From the IMG/VR virus record IMGVR_UViG_3300005254_000010, positions 1-39,464 of that record: 39,464 bases of DNA. One strand, given 5' to 3'. Positions 17,963 to 27,462 of this stretch are shown here, in pieces (the stretch's first letter is position 1; each line of letters opens with the position of its first letter). The notes under the pieces are model-generated. The model saw nothing but the letters and a program-made list of their open reading frames with translations. It was not told where the DNA came from and did no database searches. The DNA comes from a virus. Its lineage: Duplodnaviria; Caudoviricetes. The translations under genes and the position numbers were made by a program.

Positions 17963-18172
17963 ATGGATGACATAGACCGAGCCCAGCAGAACCAGCTTGA
18001 CGACATCAACCGGGCGCTGCGCAACAGGACAATAAACACCATGGAGGAAGGGGTCTCCCCGTTGCTCTGCGAAGACTGTGACGGGGAAATTCCGGCGGCA
18101 AGGAGGGCGGCGGCGCCGGGCTGCACCCGGTGCATCCGCTGCCAGGAGAAATTTGAACGGAGGGGGAGATAG
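17963..18172 (+). CDS. TraR/DksA C4-type zinc finger protein
   Basis: MDDIDRAQ...CEDCDGEIPAARRAAAPGCTRCIRCQ. Confidence 0.9.
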   Translation: MDDIDRAQQNQLDDINRALRNRTINTMEEGVSPLLCEDCDGEIPAARRAAAPGCTRCIRCQEKFERRGR

Positions 18173-18511
18173 ATGACGCCGGAGCAGATCGCCACTCTGA
18201 CCGCCATAGCCGGCATCCTGAAATCGATCGGCACCTGGCCGGTGCTGAGCGTGATCGTGCTGCTTCTGTTCGGGCCTTGGCTCGTACTGATCCTGGTCGG
18301 CATCAATCTGAACAAGCGGGTTGAGGCCCAGGCCAAGATGTACGAAAACAACGTCGCCCTGGTCGAGGAGGCATTGACCCTGGCCAAGGGCTACCGGGAC
18401 CACCTGGTCTGGTCGACCCAGATGGTCGACAACGCCAACCATATCGCCACGAACAACCTGTTTTGTCCCTGGGTGCGCAAGAACACAAATCCGAAGGACA
18501 TTGAAAAATGA
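18173..18511 (+). CDS. Membrane protein, possible holin
   Basis: N-terminal hydrophobic stretch, located in the lysis region. Confidence 0.55.
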   Translation: MTPEQIATLTAIAGILKSIGTWPVLSVIVLLLFGPWLVLILVGINLNKRVEAQAKMYENNVALVEEALTLAKGYRDHLVWSTQMVDNANHIATNNLFCPWVRKNTNPKDIEK

Positions 18512-18756
18512 GTGAACGACTACAGATGCAGGGCCGGCTGGCCGAACTCAGGCAGGAAGCGCACCGCCTGCGGATGAAGATCGAGGCGGCGTGCCGGACG
18601 ATTCGGGGCGAGCTGAACACCACCATCAGGGAGGTCGAGGACATCGACATTCCCTTGGCCTCGCAGCAAATGGATGAACTGGTCATGGCCCAGGCCGAGC
18701 TGCTCTCCGTCAACAGCAAGATCGCCAGGCTGGAAAAGGAGCTGGGCCGTGGCTAA
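18508..18756 (+). CDS. Small coiled-coil hypothetical protein
   Basis: Coupled ORF in the position preceding the small terminase in Mu-like phages. Confidence 0.7.
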   Translation: MSERLQMQGRLAELRQEAHRLRMKIEAACRTIRGELNTTIREVEDIDIPLASQQMDELVMAQAELLSVNSKIARLEKELGRG

Positions 18757-19189
18757 GAAGGGAGATCGCGCATACCTGGAGCCCCAGGCGCAGCGGCTCT
18801 ATGCAGAGGGCTACAGCCTGAGCGATATTTCCGCCCGGCTGGATGTGTCGGTGACCAGTCTGGCCAGGTGGAAAGAGGAATCAAAAGTGCCTTCGGCCGA
18901 CCTGGATGAATGGGACCGGGCGCGGCTGCAGAAACGCTCCAACATCCAGCGGCTGCGGGATCTCTTCGAGGATCAGTTGACCCATCTGGAGACGCTGTCC
19001 GCCAGGGAGCGGACGGCGCCGATGATGGACACCCTGGCCAAGATGGGCGCTTTGCTGGAGAGATGGGACAAGATGGAGAAGGCGTCCAGGGTCGCGGATG
19101 AGGTTGAGCAGGTGGTGAAGAAGGCCGGTCTCACCGACGACACGGTCGACCGGATCAGGCGGTCTATTCTGGGGATCAACAACGAATGA
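18749..19189 (+). CDS. Putative terminase small subunit (HTH)
   Basis: Likely GTG start at 18749; HTH SLSDISARLDVSVTSLARWK; C-terminal GLTDDTVDRIRRSILGI; precedes the large terminase. Confidence 0.75.
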   Translation: MAKKGDRAYLEPQAQRLYAEGYSLSDISARLDVSVTSLARWKEESKVPSADLDEWDRARLQKRSNIQRLRDLFEDQLTHLETLSARERTAPMMDTLAKMGALLERWDKMEKASRVADEVEQVVKKAGLTDDTVDRIRRSILGINNE

Positions 19190-20661
19190 TCGGAACGACG
19201 CCATACGCGCTGCTGCTCTACCAGCAGAAATGGGTGGCCGACCGGACGCCGGTCAAGGTGTACGAGAAGTCCCGGCGGGTCGGCATCTCCTGGAGCGAGG
19301 CGGCCGATGATGCCCTGTACGCGGCCAGCGAGTCTGGGGACGATGTCTGGTACATCGGCTACAACAAGGACATGGCCGAGGAGTTCATCGGCGACTGCGC
19401 GTTCTGGGCAAGGCAGTACAACCTGGTTGCCGGCGAGATCCAGGAGGAAGTCTTGGAAGATGAAGGCAAGGACATCCTCACCTTCCGGATCACCTTTGCC
19501 TCCGGCCACCGGATCGTGGCGCTGTCGTCACGGCCCAAGAACCTGCGCGGCAAGCAGGGGCGGATCGTCATTGACGAGGCCGCGTTCCACGACGATCTCC
19601 GGGGCCTGCTCAAGGCGGCCATGGCGCTCTTGATGTGGGGCGGCGAGGTGCGGATCATCTCCACCCATGACGGCGAGGAGAACCCGTTCAACGAGTTGAT
19701 CAACGACATCCGGGCCGGCAAGAGACCGTACAGCCTGCACCGGACCACCTTTGACGATGCCCTGGCGGCGGGGCTGTATAAGCGGATCTGCCTGGTGCGG
19801 GGACTGGAGTGGAGCCCGGAGGCGGAGGCGGCCTGGCGGCAGGAGATGATCGACTCCTACGGTGACGACGCCGACGAGGAACTGTTCTGCATCCCCAGCA
19901 AGGGCGGCGGGACCCCGCTGACCAGGGCGCTGGTCGAAACCTGCCTGGAGGAAGGCATCCCGGTGCTGCGCTACGAGCAGACCGATGAGTTCACCTTGAT
20001 GGACGATGAATACCGGCTGTCCGTGGTCCAGGACTGGATCGACGACAACCTGGTCCCCTTGCTGGAAACCCTGGACAAGGATCGTCTTTCCTACTTCGGC
20101 GAGGACTTCGCCCGGTCCGGCGACCTGACCGTGATGCTGCCGCTGCAGGAGACCCAGGGCGCGACCTTCCGCTGCCCGTTCATCGTGGAGCTGCGCAACA
20201 TGCCGTTTAAGCAGCAGGAGCAGATCTGCTTCTACATACTGGACCGGCTGCCCAGGTTCTGCCACGGCGCCTTCGACGCCCGCGGCAACGGCCAATACCT
20301 GGCCGAGGTGGCGCAGCAGAAATACGGGCCGACCAGGATCAGCCAGGTCATGTTGTCCGACGCCTGGTACCTACAGAACATGCCCAGGTACAAGGCGGCG
20401 TTTGAGGATCGGTCGATCACCCTGCCCATGGATGCCGACCTGATCGAGGACCACCGGGCGCTGAAAAAGGTCAAGGGCGTGATCAAGCTGCCGGAAACAA
20501 GGACGGACGAAAAAGGCTCGAAAAAGAAACGGCACGGCGACACGGCCATTGCCGGGGCGCTGGCTTGGTACGCCACCAGGCAGGAAGGCGGGGGAGAGAT
20601 CGAATACCAGTCCACCGGCAGGCGGCGGGCCTCAATGGCAGTTGACGGGTATCTGCAATGA
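19186..20661 (+). CDS. Terminase large subunit (Mu gp28-like)
   Basis: YQQKW, EKSRRVGIS, IVIDEAAF, IISTH, GEDFARSGD and HGD motifs. Confidence 0.93.
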   Translation: MIGTTPYALLLYQQKWVADRTPVKVYEKSRRVGISWSEAADDALYAASESGDDVWYIGYNKDMAEEFIGDCAFWARQYNLVAGEIQEEVLEDEGKDILTFRITFASGHRIVALSSRPKNLRGKQGRIVIDEAAFHDDLRGLLKAAMALLMWGGEVRIISTHDGEENPFNELINDIRAGKRPYSLHRTTFDDALAAGLYKRICLVRGLEWSPEAEAAWRQEMIDSYGDDADEELFCIPSKGGGTPLTRALVETCLEEGIPVLRYEQTDEFTLMDDEYRLSVVQDWIDDNLVPLLETLDKDRLSYFGEDFARSGDLTVMLPLQETQGATFRCPFIVELRNMPFKQQEQICFYILDRLPRFCHGAFDARGNGQYLAEVAQQKYGPTRISQVMLSDAWYLQNMPRYKAAFEDRSITLPMDADLIEDHRALKKVKGVIKLPETRTDEKGSKKKRHGDTAIAGALAWYATRQEGGGEIEYQSTGRRRASMAVDGYLQ

Positions 20662-22139
20662 ACGAACAGGAAACCAGCAAAAAACCGGTTACCGACGAGA
20701 TCGCGGTTGCCACCAAGGATATCGATATATTCCAGGGCTACCTGGGAAGGCTGGAGAACCCGGACCCGACCATCCTGAGCGAGGGCAAAGGCAAGGGGCT
20801 CAAGCTGTACGACGAGGTGGACCGGGACGCCCATGCCGGCAGTGTATTGCAGACCCGCTACCTGGCGGTGGCCGGGTTGGAGTGGGAGGTGATCCCGGCG
20901 GATGACAGCGCAAAGGCCCAGGCAATCGCCGATTTTGTCCGCGAGGCGGTGGACGGGTGCAACTTTACCCAGGCCATCCAGGAGTTGATGCAGGCGGTGC
21001 TGTACGGCTTTTTCGTCGCCGAGGTGTTGTGGACGGTGCGGTCTGGCGCATGGGTGCCGCAGAAGCTGATCGCCAAACACCCGCGACGGTTTGTCTTCAC
21101 CCCCGAGCGGGAGCTGCGGCTGCTGACGCCGGGCAACATGGTTGCCGGGGAGCCGGTGCCGGAGCGCAAGTTCATTACGTTCACCTATGGCTCCAGCGAC
21201 AACCCTTACGGCAAGGGACTGGGACAGAAGCTGTGGTGGCCGGTGTGGTTCAAGAAAAACGGCATCAAGTTCTGGCTGATCTTCCTGGACAAGTGGGGTT
21301 CGCCGACGGCGGTGGGCAAGTATCCCGCCGGAGCGACCAAGGAACAGAAGGACATGCTGCTGGAGGCCATCGAGGCCATCCGCCAGGAGACCGGGGTCAC
21401 GATCCCGGAGTCCATGGTCATTGACCTGCTGGAGGCGTCCAGGTCCGGCAACATTACCCATGAATCGCTCTGCGAGTACATGGACCGGCAGATCTCCAAG
21501 GCGGTCCTGGGGCAGACCCTGACCACCGAGGTGGGGGGCGAAGGGAGTTACGCGGCATCGCAGACCCATGACGAGGTCCGCAACGAGATCCGCAACGCGG
21601 ATTCCGACTTGCTGGCTGAATGCCTGAACAGCAGCCTGGTGCGCTGGCTGGTGGACCTGAACTTTGCCGGTTCAGGGCTGTATCCGTGGCTGAACCTGCG
21701 CACCGAGGAGAAGGCCGATCTCAAGGCCCGGGCCGAGACGGACCGGATTGTGGTCAGGGAAATGGGGCTGCCGGTGGCGGTGGACTACTTCTACGACACC
21801 TACGGCTATCCCAAACCGGACAAGGGCGCGGAGCTGATCCAGCCGCCCCAGGGAGCGGCGCCACTGTTCAGCGAAGGGGAGCGCGGCAGGTTCACGCCTC
21901 AACAGCAGGCTCTGGAGGGGCTGGCGGACGCGGCCCTGGCCGGGGTGGACCTGGGCAGCAATGAAGAGAAGATTCTGGCGGCGGTGCGGGCGGCCTCCTC
22001 GTTTGACGAGGCCATGGAGAAGGTGCTGGCCCTGTTCCCGGACCTGGACATGGAGGGGCTGCGGGACATGACCGAGCGGGCCATTTTCAACGCGGAGATG
22101 TACGGCCGGAGGACGGCGATCGATGACCGTGACGCTTGA
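20658..22139 (+). CDS. Portal protein (Mu gp29 / DUF935)
   Basis: NPYGKGL, FLDKWGSP and ISKAVLGQTLT motifs; follows the terminase. Confidence 0.93.
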   Translation: MNEQETSKKPVTDEIAVATKDIDIFQGYLGRLENPDPTILSEGKGKGLKLYDEVDRDAHAGSVLQTRYLAVAGLEWEVIPADDSAKAQAIADFVREAVDGCNFTQAIQELMQAVLYGFFVAEVLWTVRSGAWVPQKLIAKHPRRFVFTPERELRLLTPGNMVAGEPVPERKFITFTYGSSDNPYGKGLGQKLWWPVWFKKNGIKFWLIFLDKWGSPTAVGKYPAGATKEQKDMLLEAIEAIRQETGVTIPESMVIDLLEASRSGNITHESLCEYMDRQISKAVLGQTLTTEVGGEGSYAASQTHDEVRNEIRNADSDLLAECLNSSLVRWLVDLNFAGSGLYPWLNLRTEEKADLKARAETDRIVVREMGLPVAVDYFYDTYGYPKPDKGAELIQPPQGAAPLFSEGERGRFTPQQQALEGLADAALAGVDLGSNEEKILAAVRAASSFDEAMEKVLALFPDLDMEGLRDMTERAIFNAEMYGRRTAIDDRDA

Positions 22140-22938
22140 GCCCTTGCCCATGGTGGAGGCGCAACGGTTCTGGAAGGACAAGGTCCAGATGGCGCCATCG
22201 GCATTCCGCAAGCTGGCCGACGAGGCCAAGGTCAAGGCGTTCGCCGTTTCCGGCATCGCCAAGGGCGACGAGCTGAAAACGGTGTTCACGGCGATGGAGC
22301 GGGCCATCGATGACGGCATCAGCTTTGATCAGTTCAAACGGGAATGCGGCGATATCTTCGAGCGGCGCGGCTGGACGGGCAAGCGGGCCTGGCGGGTGGA
22401 CAACATCTTCCGAACCAACATCCAGACCGCCTACAACGTCGGGCGCTACAAGCAGTTGACGGAGGACCGGGACGTTTTGCCCTACTGGATGTACAGCGCC
22501 ATCAACGACTCCAGAACCCGGCCGACGCACCTGGCCATGAACGGCAGAGTGTGGCCGGCGGATCATCCGGTGTGGAACACCTGGTATCCGCCGAACGGCT
22601 ATCGCTGCCGCTGCTCGGTGATCGCCCTGACCGAGCGCCAGGTGAAAAACAGGGGGCTGAAAGTACAGGACAAGGACATCACCCACCGGCTGATCGAGCC
22701 GGTTGATCCGGAGACCGGCAACAAAATGCCGGCCCGGCAGATGCTGCCTGACCCCGGCTTTGCCACCAACCCGGGCAAGGATTACTGGGGCGACCTGGGC
22801 GGCGTCATGGCCGAGCGGCTGGCCGCCTACCCGGCCCAGTTGGCAACGGCGGTGCTCAAGGAGCTGAGCCGCCAGAAAGAGCTGAAGGAGCTGCTCGAAA
22901 AACAACGCCGGAACCAGGGCGGAGATGAGCAGAAATGA
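22123..22938 (+). CDS. Mu gpF-like head morphogenesis protein
   Basis: IFRTNIQTAY, DSRTRPTH and PPNGYRCRC. Confidence 0.93.
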   Translation: MTVTLEPLPMVEAQRFWKDKVQMAPSAFRKLADEAKVKAFAVSGIAKGDELKTVFTAMERAIDDGISFDQFKRECGDIFERRGWTGKRAWRVDNIFRTNIQTAYNVGRYKQLTEDRDVLPYWMYSAINDSRTRPTHLAMNGRVWPADHPVWNTWYPPNGYRCRCSVIALTERQVKNRGLKVQDKDITHRLIEPVDPETGNKMPARQMLPDPGFATNPGKDYWGDLGGVMAERLAAYPAQLATAVLKELSRQKELKELLEKQRRNQGGDEQK

Positions 22939-23051
22939 AAAAGGCCAAAATCGGCCCAAATTTGCAAAAACGAGAGAGTGCGCCCCGACCCACGGGCGAG
23001 GCCGGTTGCTCTCGATACAGAAAAATTTAAACGGGGTTTAAACGGGGTTCT

Positions 23052-23567
23052 GTGGTGGAGGGCATAACTTTAAAAATCGATCGCGGGCAGGTCAACAAAA
23101 TGCTGGGAGAACTCACTGACCGGATGACCAACTCCTCGCCGGCCATGCGCAAGATCGGAGCCATCGGCCGGGAGTCGGTACGGACCAACTTTGCCCGGCG
23201 CGGCCGGCCGGTTCCCTGGAAGGGGCTGAAGCTGCGCCGGGGGCAGCCCCTGCGCGACACCAACCGGCTGATGAATTCCATCACCAGCCAGCCGGGCAAG
23301 GACAGCGTTCGCATCGGCACCAACGTGGTGTACGCGGCGGTGCATCACTTTGGGGCGAAGAAGCACAGCTTCGGTACCTTCACCGTCCAGGTGCGGCCGC
23401 ATACCCGTGCCACCAGGAGCGGCGGCGAGGCATCGGTCCGGGGGCATGTCAGGAAGGTGAAGCTGCCCTGGGGGGACATCCCGGCCCGGCCGTTCATGGT
23501 GCTGCAGGATGAGGACTGGCACGAGATCCGGGAGATCCTGGCGAAACATATCATCGGAGGAAACTGA
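23052..23567 (+). CDS. Mu gpG-like virion morphogenesis protein
   Basis: LRDTNRLMNSI, GTNVVYAAVHHFG and IPARPFM. Confidence 0.9.
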   Translation: MVEGITLKIDRGQVNKMLGELTDRMTNSSPAMRKIGAIGRESVRTNFARRGRPVPWKGLKLRRGQPLRDTNRLMNSITSQPGKDSVRIGTNVVYAAVHHFGAKKHSFGTFTVQVRPHTRATRSGGEASVRGHVRKVKLPWGDIPARPFMVLQDEDWHEIREILAKHIIGGN

Positions 23568-23569
23568 CA

Positions 23570-24673
23570 ATGGCTGAGTTCAAGGGCTTTGAGGACTGGA
23601 TAGAGATTTTCCAGGGCGGCAGGCAGGTCGATGCGACCGGCCGGGAACATGACGGCGACGCCATGATTGACAAGGCGGTGGCAACATTCGACGCCGGCCA
23701 CCATGAGCCGCCGATTGTCGTGGGGCACCCGAAGGACAACTCGCCGGCGTTCGGCTGGATCAAGGAGCTGAAAAGCGAGGCGGTCGGCGGAGTGAAACGG
23801 CTGTTCGCCCGGGCCGAGCAGGTGGTGCCGGAGTTCGAGGAGCTGGTGAAGGCCGGCCGGTTTAAGAAGCGATCGGCAGCCTTCTATCCGGACGGCCGGC
23901 TGCGGCACGTCGGGTTCCTGGGGGCGGTGCCGCCGGCAGTCAAGGGACTGGCCGATCTCAAGTTCGAGGAGGAGGGGGAGCCTGTCAGCTTCGAGTTCTA
24001 CGACCACAACCTGGGGCGGATCGGCAGGATGTTCGCCCGGCTGCGGGAATGGCTCATCGAAAAGGACGGGATTGAAGTTGCGGACCGGATCATCCCGGAC
24101 TGGGACGTGGACGATATGAAACAGGAAGCAAACCGCCCGGAGGATGGGACCTCGGCGGTCTATAACGAGGAAAACAAGAAGACGGAGGTCGAAATGCTTG
24201 AAGAAAAACAATTCTCAGAGGCGGACGTCAAGGCCAGAGAGGAGGCTGCCGCCGCCAAGGCGAAGGAAGACGCCAGGAAGGAAGTCGAGCGGGAATTTGC
24301 CGAGAAGGAGCGTAAGCGCGGCATCGACGAGTTCATTGCCCGCAACTTCCCCAAGGATGGTCCGGGCAAGCTGCCGCCGGCCCTGCTCGATGCCGGGGTC
24401 CGGGGGTTCATGGAGCAGCTCGACGGCGGTGAGCAGGTCGAGTTCGCCGAGGGGAAAAAGGAAACGCCCCTGACCTGGTTCATGAACTTCCTGGAGGGGC
24501 TGGACAAATCCGGCCTGTTCCAGGAGGTGGCGACCAGGGACAAGGACAAGCTGCCGGACAATGACGATGCCGAGGGCATCGCCCGCCGGGCGAGGGAGTT
24601 CCAGGAAAGCGAGGCCAAAGCCGGCCGGACCGTGTCGGTCAGCCAGGCCGTGGCCCACGTCACCGGTAAATAA
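23570..24673 (+). CDS. Prohead protease/scaffold (Mu gpI-like position)
   Basis: PIVVGHP, LRHVGFLGAVPPAVKGL; charged helical C-terminal scaffold part. Confidence 0.85.
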   Translation: MAEFKGFEDWIEIFQGGRQVDATGREHDGDAMIDKAVATFDAGHHEPPIVVGHPKDNSPAFGWIKELKSEAVGGVKRLFARAEQVVPEFEELVKAGRFKKRSAAFYPDGRLRHVGFLGAVPPAVKGLADLKFEEEGEPVSFEFYDHNLGRIGRMFARLREWLIEKDGIEVADRIIPDWDVDDMKQEANRPEDGTSAVYNEENKKTEVEMLEEKQFSEADVKAREEAAAAKAKEDARKEVEREFAEKERKRGIDEFIARNFPKDGPGKLPPALLDAGVRGFMEQLDGGEQVEFAEGKKETPLTWFMNFLEGLDKSGLFQEVATRDKDKLPDNDDAEGIARRAREFQESEAKAGRTVSVSQAVAHVTGK

Positions 24674-24708
24674 CGGAGATCCGCAAGGGTTAACAGGAGG
24701 AATACATC

Positions 24709-25089
24709 ATGCCGAAGACGATATTGACGGAAAATTTCGAGGCCGGGGCGGCCATCAGCCCTTACCGCATTGTCAAGCCGGGCGCCGCCGACGGCGAAGT
24801 CATCCAGGCCGCGGCGGTCGGGGACGCCCTATTCGGGGTCAGCGATTCCCTGGGCGCGGATGCGGACGGGGATCGGGTGGACATCATCACCATGGGGGTG
24901 GCCGAGGTGGAACTCGGCGGCACCGTCACCAGGGGCGGGCTGATTACCAGCGACGCCAACGGCAAGGGGGTGGCTGCCGCGCCGGCCGTCGGGGTCAACA
25001 ACCGGGTGATCGGCGTCGCGCGGGTCTCCGGGGTGGCCGGCGACATCATCGACGTGCAGCTCTGCCCCGGCCAGATCCAGGGCGCATAG
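24709..25089 (+). CDS. Capsid cement/decoration protein (DUF2190-like)
   Basis: Small Gly/Ala/Val-rich protein between protease and capsid genes; AGGAGG RBS. Confidence 0.8.
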   Translation: MPKTILTENFEAGAAISPYRIVKPGAADGEVIQAAAVGDALFGVSDSLGADADGDRVDIITMGVAEVELGGTVTRGGLITSDANGKGVAAAPAVGVNNRVIGVARVSGVAGDIIDVQLCPGQIQGA

Positions 25090-25159
25090 CCTGAAGAGCT
25101 GAAGAGGACACTACCGGCAACGCCAAACGAACTGACAACTCAACTGAGGAGTAGAGACA

Positions 25160-26092
25160 ATGCCTACGCATGCACCGTTTCCCATTCAACCGGAACTGAC
25201 GGCGATCGCCATCGCCTACCGCAACACCCGGCTCATCGCCGACGAGGTCCTGCCCCGCGTGCCCGTGGGCAAGCAGGAATTCAAGTACTTGAAACACACC
25301 CTGGCCGAGGGGTTCACCGTGCCGGATACCAGGGTCGGCCGCAAATCGAGGCCCAACGAGGTGGAATTCAGCGCCACGGAAGAGACCAGCTCGACAGAGG
25401 ACTTCGGCCTGGATGATCCGATCCCCCAGGTCGACCTGGACAATGCTCCGCCCAACTACGATCCGCGGGGCCGCGCGGTTGAGGGCATCATGAACCTGGT
25501 CGAGCTGGACCGCGAAGTCCGGGTCGCGGGCATGGTGTTCGACGCCAACCAGTACGGGGCCGCGAACAAGATTACCCTGTCCGGCACCAGCCAGTTCTCG
25601 GATTTTGCTAATTCCGATCCTCTGGAGGTCATCATGACCGGCCTGGACGCGCTGGTCATGCGGCCGACCATTATGGTCATCGGCCGGCCGGCCTTCTCCG
25701 TGCTGTGCCGCCATCCGAAGATCGTAAAGGCCGTGAACGGCAACTCAGGAGACTCCGGGATCGTCCAGCGCCGGGCTATTGCCGAGTTGTTCGAGTTGGA
25801 GGATGTCCTGGTCGGTGAGGCATGGGTCAACACGGCCCGCAAAGGGCAGGCAGTCACCATGGCCAGGACCTGGGGCAAGCACATCGCTCTGCTCCGGCGC
25901 GACAAGACCGCCCATACACGCAGCGGCGCCACCTTCGGTCTGACCGCTCAGTTCGGCGGCCGGATCGCCGGGTCGACTCCGGATAAGGACATCGGCCTGC
26001 GCGGCGGCGAGCGGGTGCGGGCCGGCGAGTCGGTCAAGGAGCTGATTACGGCCGCCGACCTGGGCTACATGATCGTCGACGCGGTGGCGTAG
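25160..26092 (+). CDS. Major capsid protein
   Basis: 310 aa, expected position, LTAIAIAYRN..IADEVLPRVPV N-terminus. Confidence 0.85.
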   Translation: MPTHAPFPIQPELTAIAIAYRNTRLIADEVLPRVPVGKQEFKYLKHTLAEGFTVPDTRVGRKSRPNEVEFSATEETSSTEDFGLDDPIPQVDLDNAPPNYDPRGRAVEGIMNLVELDREVRVAGMVFDANQYGAANKITLSGTSQFSDFANSDPLEVIMTGLDALVMRPTIMVIGRPAFSVLCRHPKIVKAVNGNSGDSGIVQRRAIAELFELEDVLVGEAWVNTARKGQAVTMARTWGKHIALLRRDKTAHTRSGATFGLTAQFGGRIAGSTPDKDIGLRGGERVRAGESVKELITAADLGYMIVDAVA

Positions 26093-26150
26093 TCAGGGAA
26101 CAGGAGACAAATAGGGGGCGGAATCCACCCCCTGAAGCAAGGAGGACAAC

Positions 26151-26423
26151 ATGCCGAGATATACGGTACACAGTCCGCTGCTACATGACGGCACCCGCTA
26201 CGATGCCGGGGCAACGGTGGCAATGACGGAGGCGCAGGCCAAGAGTCTGCTGGAAAGAGGCACCCTGACGCCGGCGGCGGAGAGCAGCCCGGTGGAGGCG
26301 ATGACCGTGCCCGAGCTGACCGAGGCCCTGGAGAAACTCGGGGTCGAAATACCAAAGGGTGCGAAAAAGGCCGACCTGGTTGCGCTCTATGAAGCGGCGG
26401 TCAAGGCCGGGGATGAGGAATGA
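26151..26423 (+). CDS. Small head-associated protein with HeH/LEM-like C-terminus
   Basis: MTVPELTEALEKLGVEIPKGAKKADLVAL. Confidence 0.75.
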   Translation: MPRYTVHSPLLHDGTRYDAGATVAMTEAQAKSLLERGTLTPAAESSPVEAMTVPELTEALEKLGVEIPKGAKKADLVALYEAAVKAGDEE

Positions 26424-26842
26424 GTTACTGCACCATTGACGATATCCGCAAGCAGGTGCGGGAGGCGGAATTGATCGGCCTCACCGACGAGGAGGACACC
26501 GGGGCGGTGGTCGAATCGGTCGTGACCGGGGCCATCGAGGCGGCCGGGGTGGAGATTGACGGCTATTTGGGGGGCAGGTACGCCCTGCCCCTGGCCACGG
26601 TGCCGGCGATCCTCACCAAGCTGGCGGCGGACATCGCGGTGTACAACCTCTATGCCCTGGGCGACGGGCCGCCGGAAAGCCGCAAGGAGCGCTATGACAA
26701 CGCCGTCCGCTTTCTGCGTTCGGTGGCCGAGGGCAAGATATCGCTCGGGGCGAACGATCCGGCCGGCACCGGTGCGGCGGACAAGCCGGCGGTCTCCGCC
26801 GGGGAGGCGGTCTTTACCCAGGACAGTTTAAAGGGGTTTTAA
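26420..26842 (+). CDS. Head-tail adaptor, Mu gp36 / DUF1320 family
   Basis: MSYCT, IDGYLGGRYALPL and RYDNAVRFLRSVAEGKISLG. Confidence 0.9.
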   Translation: MSYCTIDDIRKQVREAELIGLTDEEDTGAVVESVVTGAIEAAGVEIDGYLGGRYALPLATVPAILTKLAADIAVYNLYALGDGPPESRKERYDNAVRFLRSVAEGKISLGANDPAGTGAADKPAVSAGEAVFTQDSLKGF

Positions 26843-26848
26843 CGGCCG

Positions 26849-27283
26849 ATGAAAGCGCTGCTCACCGCCATCAAAGCAAAGCTGCAGGGCAGCCTGGAGT
26901 ATGTCCGGGACCTGGACGTGTACGTCACCGAGGACCTGGGGATGATCCGGGCCTCGGGCGGCTACCCGGCGGTGGGCGTCAAGGACGGCGGCACCGCTTA
27001 CACGGTGGAGACCGGCGACCAGCGGGCCGAGGTTTTGACCGTGCAGCTCGGCTGCTATGTCAAGCTGCACAAGCCGGAGGCGGCCATCATGGGCGATGAG
27101 TCGGCCGGGGAGCCGGGCCTGCTGGACATGGCGGCGGACATCATTACCGCCCTGGACGATACCTTCTCCGGGCTGGTTGACCTGGCCGAGCCGGTGAGCG
27201 TCGGCGAATCGGCGGTCATGTTCGACGAGCGCCGCACCCTGCAGACCCTGACGGTGACCATGCGCTTCTACCGATGGAGGTAA
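26849..27283 (+). CDS. Putative tail completion/terminator protein
   Basis: Size and position between adaptor and tail tube genes. Confidence 0.6.
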   Translation: MKALLTAIKAKLQGSLEYVRDLDVYVTEDLGMIRASGGYPAVGVKDGGTAYTVETGDQRAEVLTVQLGCYVKLHKPEAAIMGDESAGEPGLLDMAADIITALDDTFSGLVDLAEPVSVGESAVMFDERRTLQTLTVTMRFYRWR

Positions 27284-27288
27284 CCTTT

Positions 27289-27459
27289 ATGAAAGTCTAT
27301 TTCCCGGGGCCGGAGCCCGAGACCTTCCACCCGAAACTGCGCCTGCTGGTGCGGGACAGGGTGTTCGAGCTGCCGGACGATCAGGCAAAAATCTACATTG
27401 CCGGCGGCCTGCTGCGCAAGGCTGCGACGCCAAAGGCCCAACCGAAAAGCAAGGAGTAA
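27289..27459 (+). CDS. Small hypothetical tail-region protein
   Basis: GGAGG RBS before ATG 27289; fills the gap before the tail tube gene. Confidence 0.6.
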   Translation: MKVYFPGPEPETFHPKLRLLVRDRVFELPDDQAKIYIAGGLLRKAATPKAQPKSKE

Positions 27460-27462
27460 AAT

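Noticed and set aside
26113-26133. Hairpin after the major capsid gene as a terminator
   Set aside because: The stem has a mismatch and there is no U-tract; at most an mRNA stability element.
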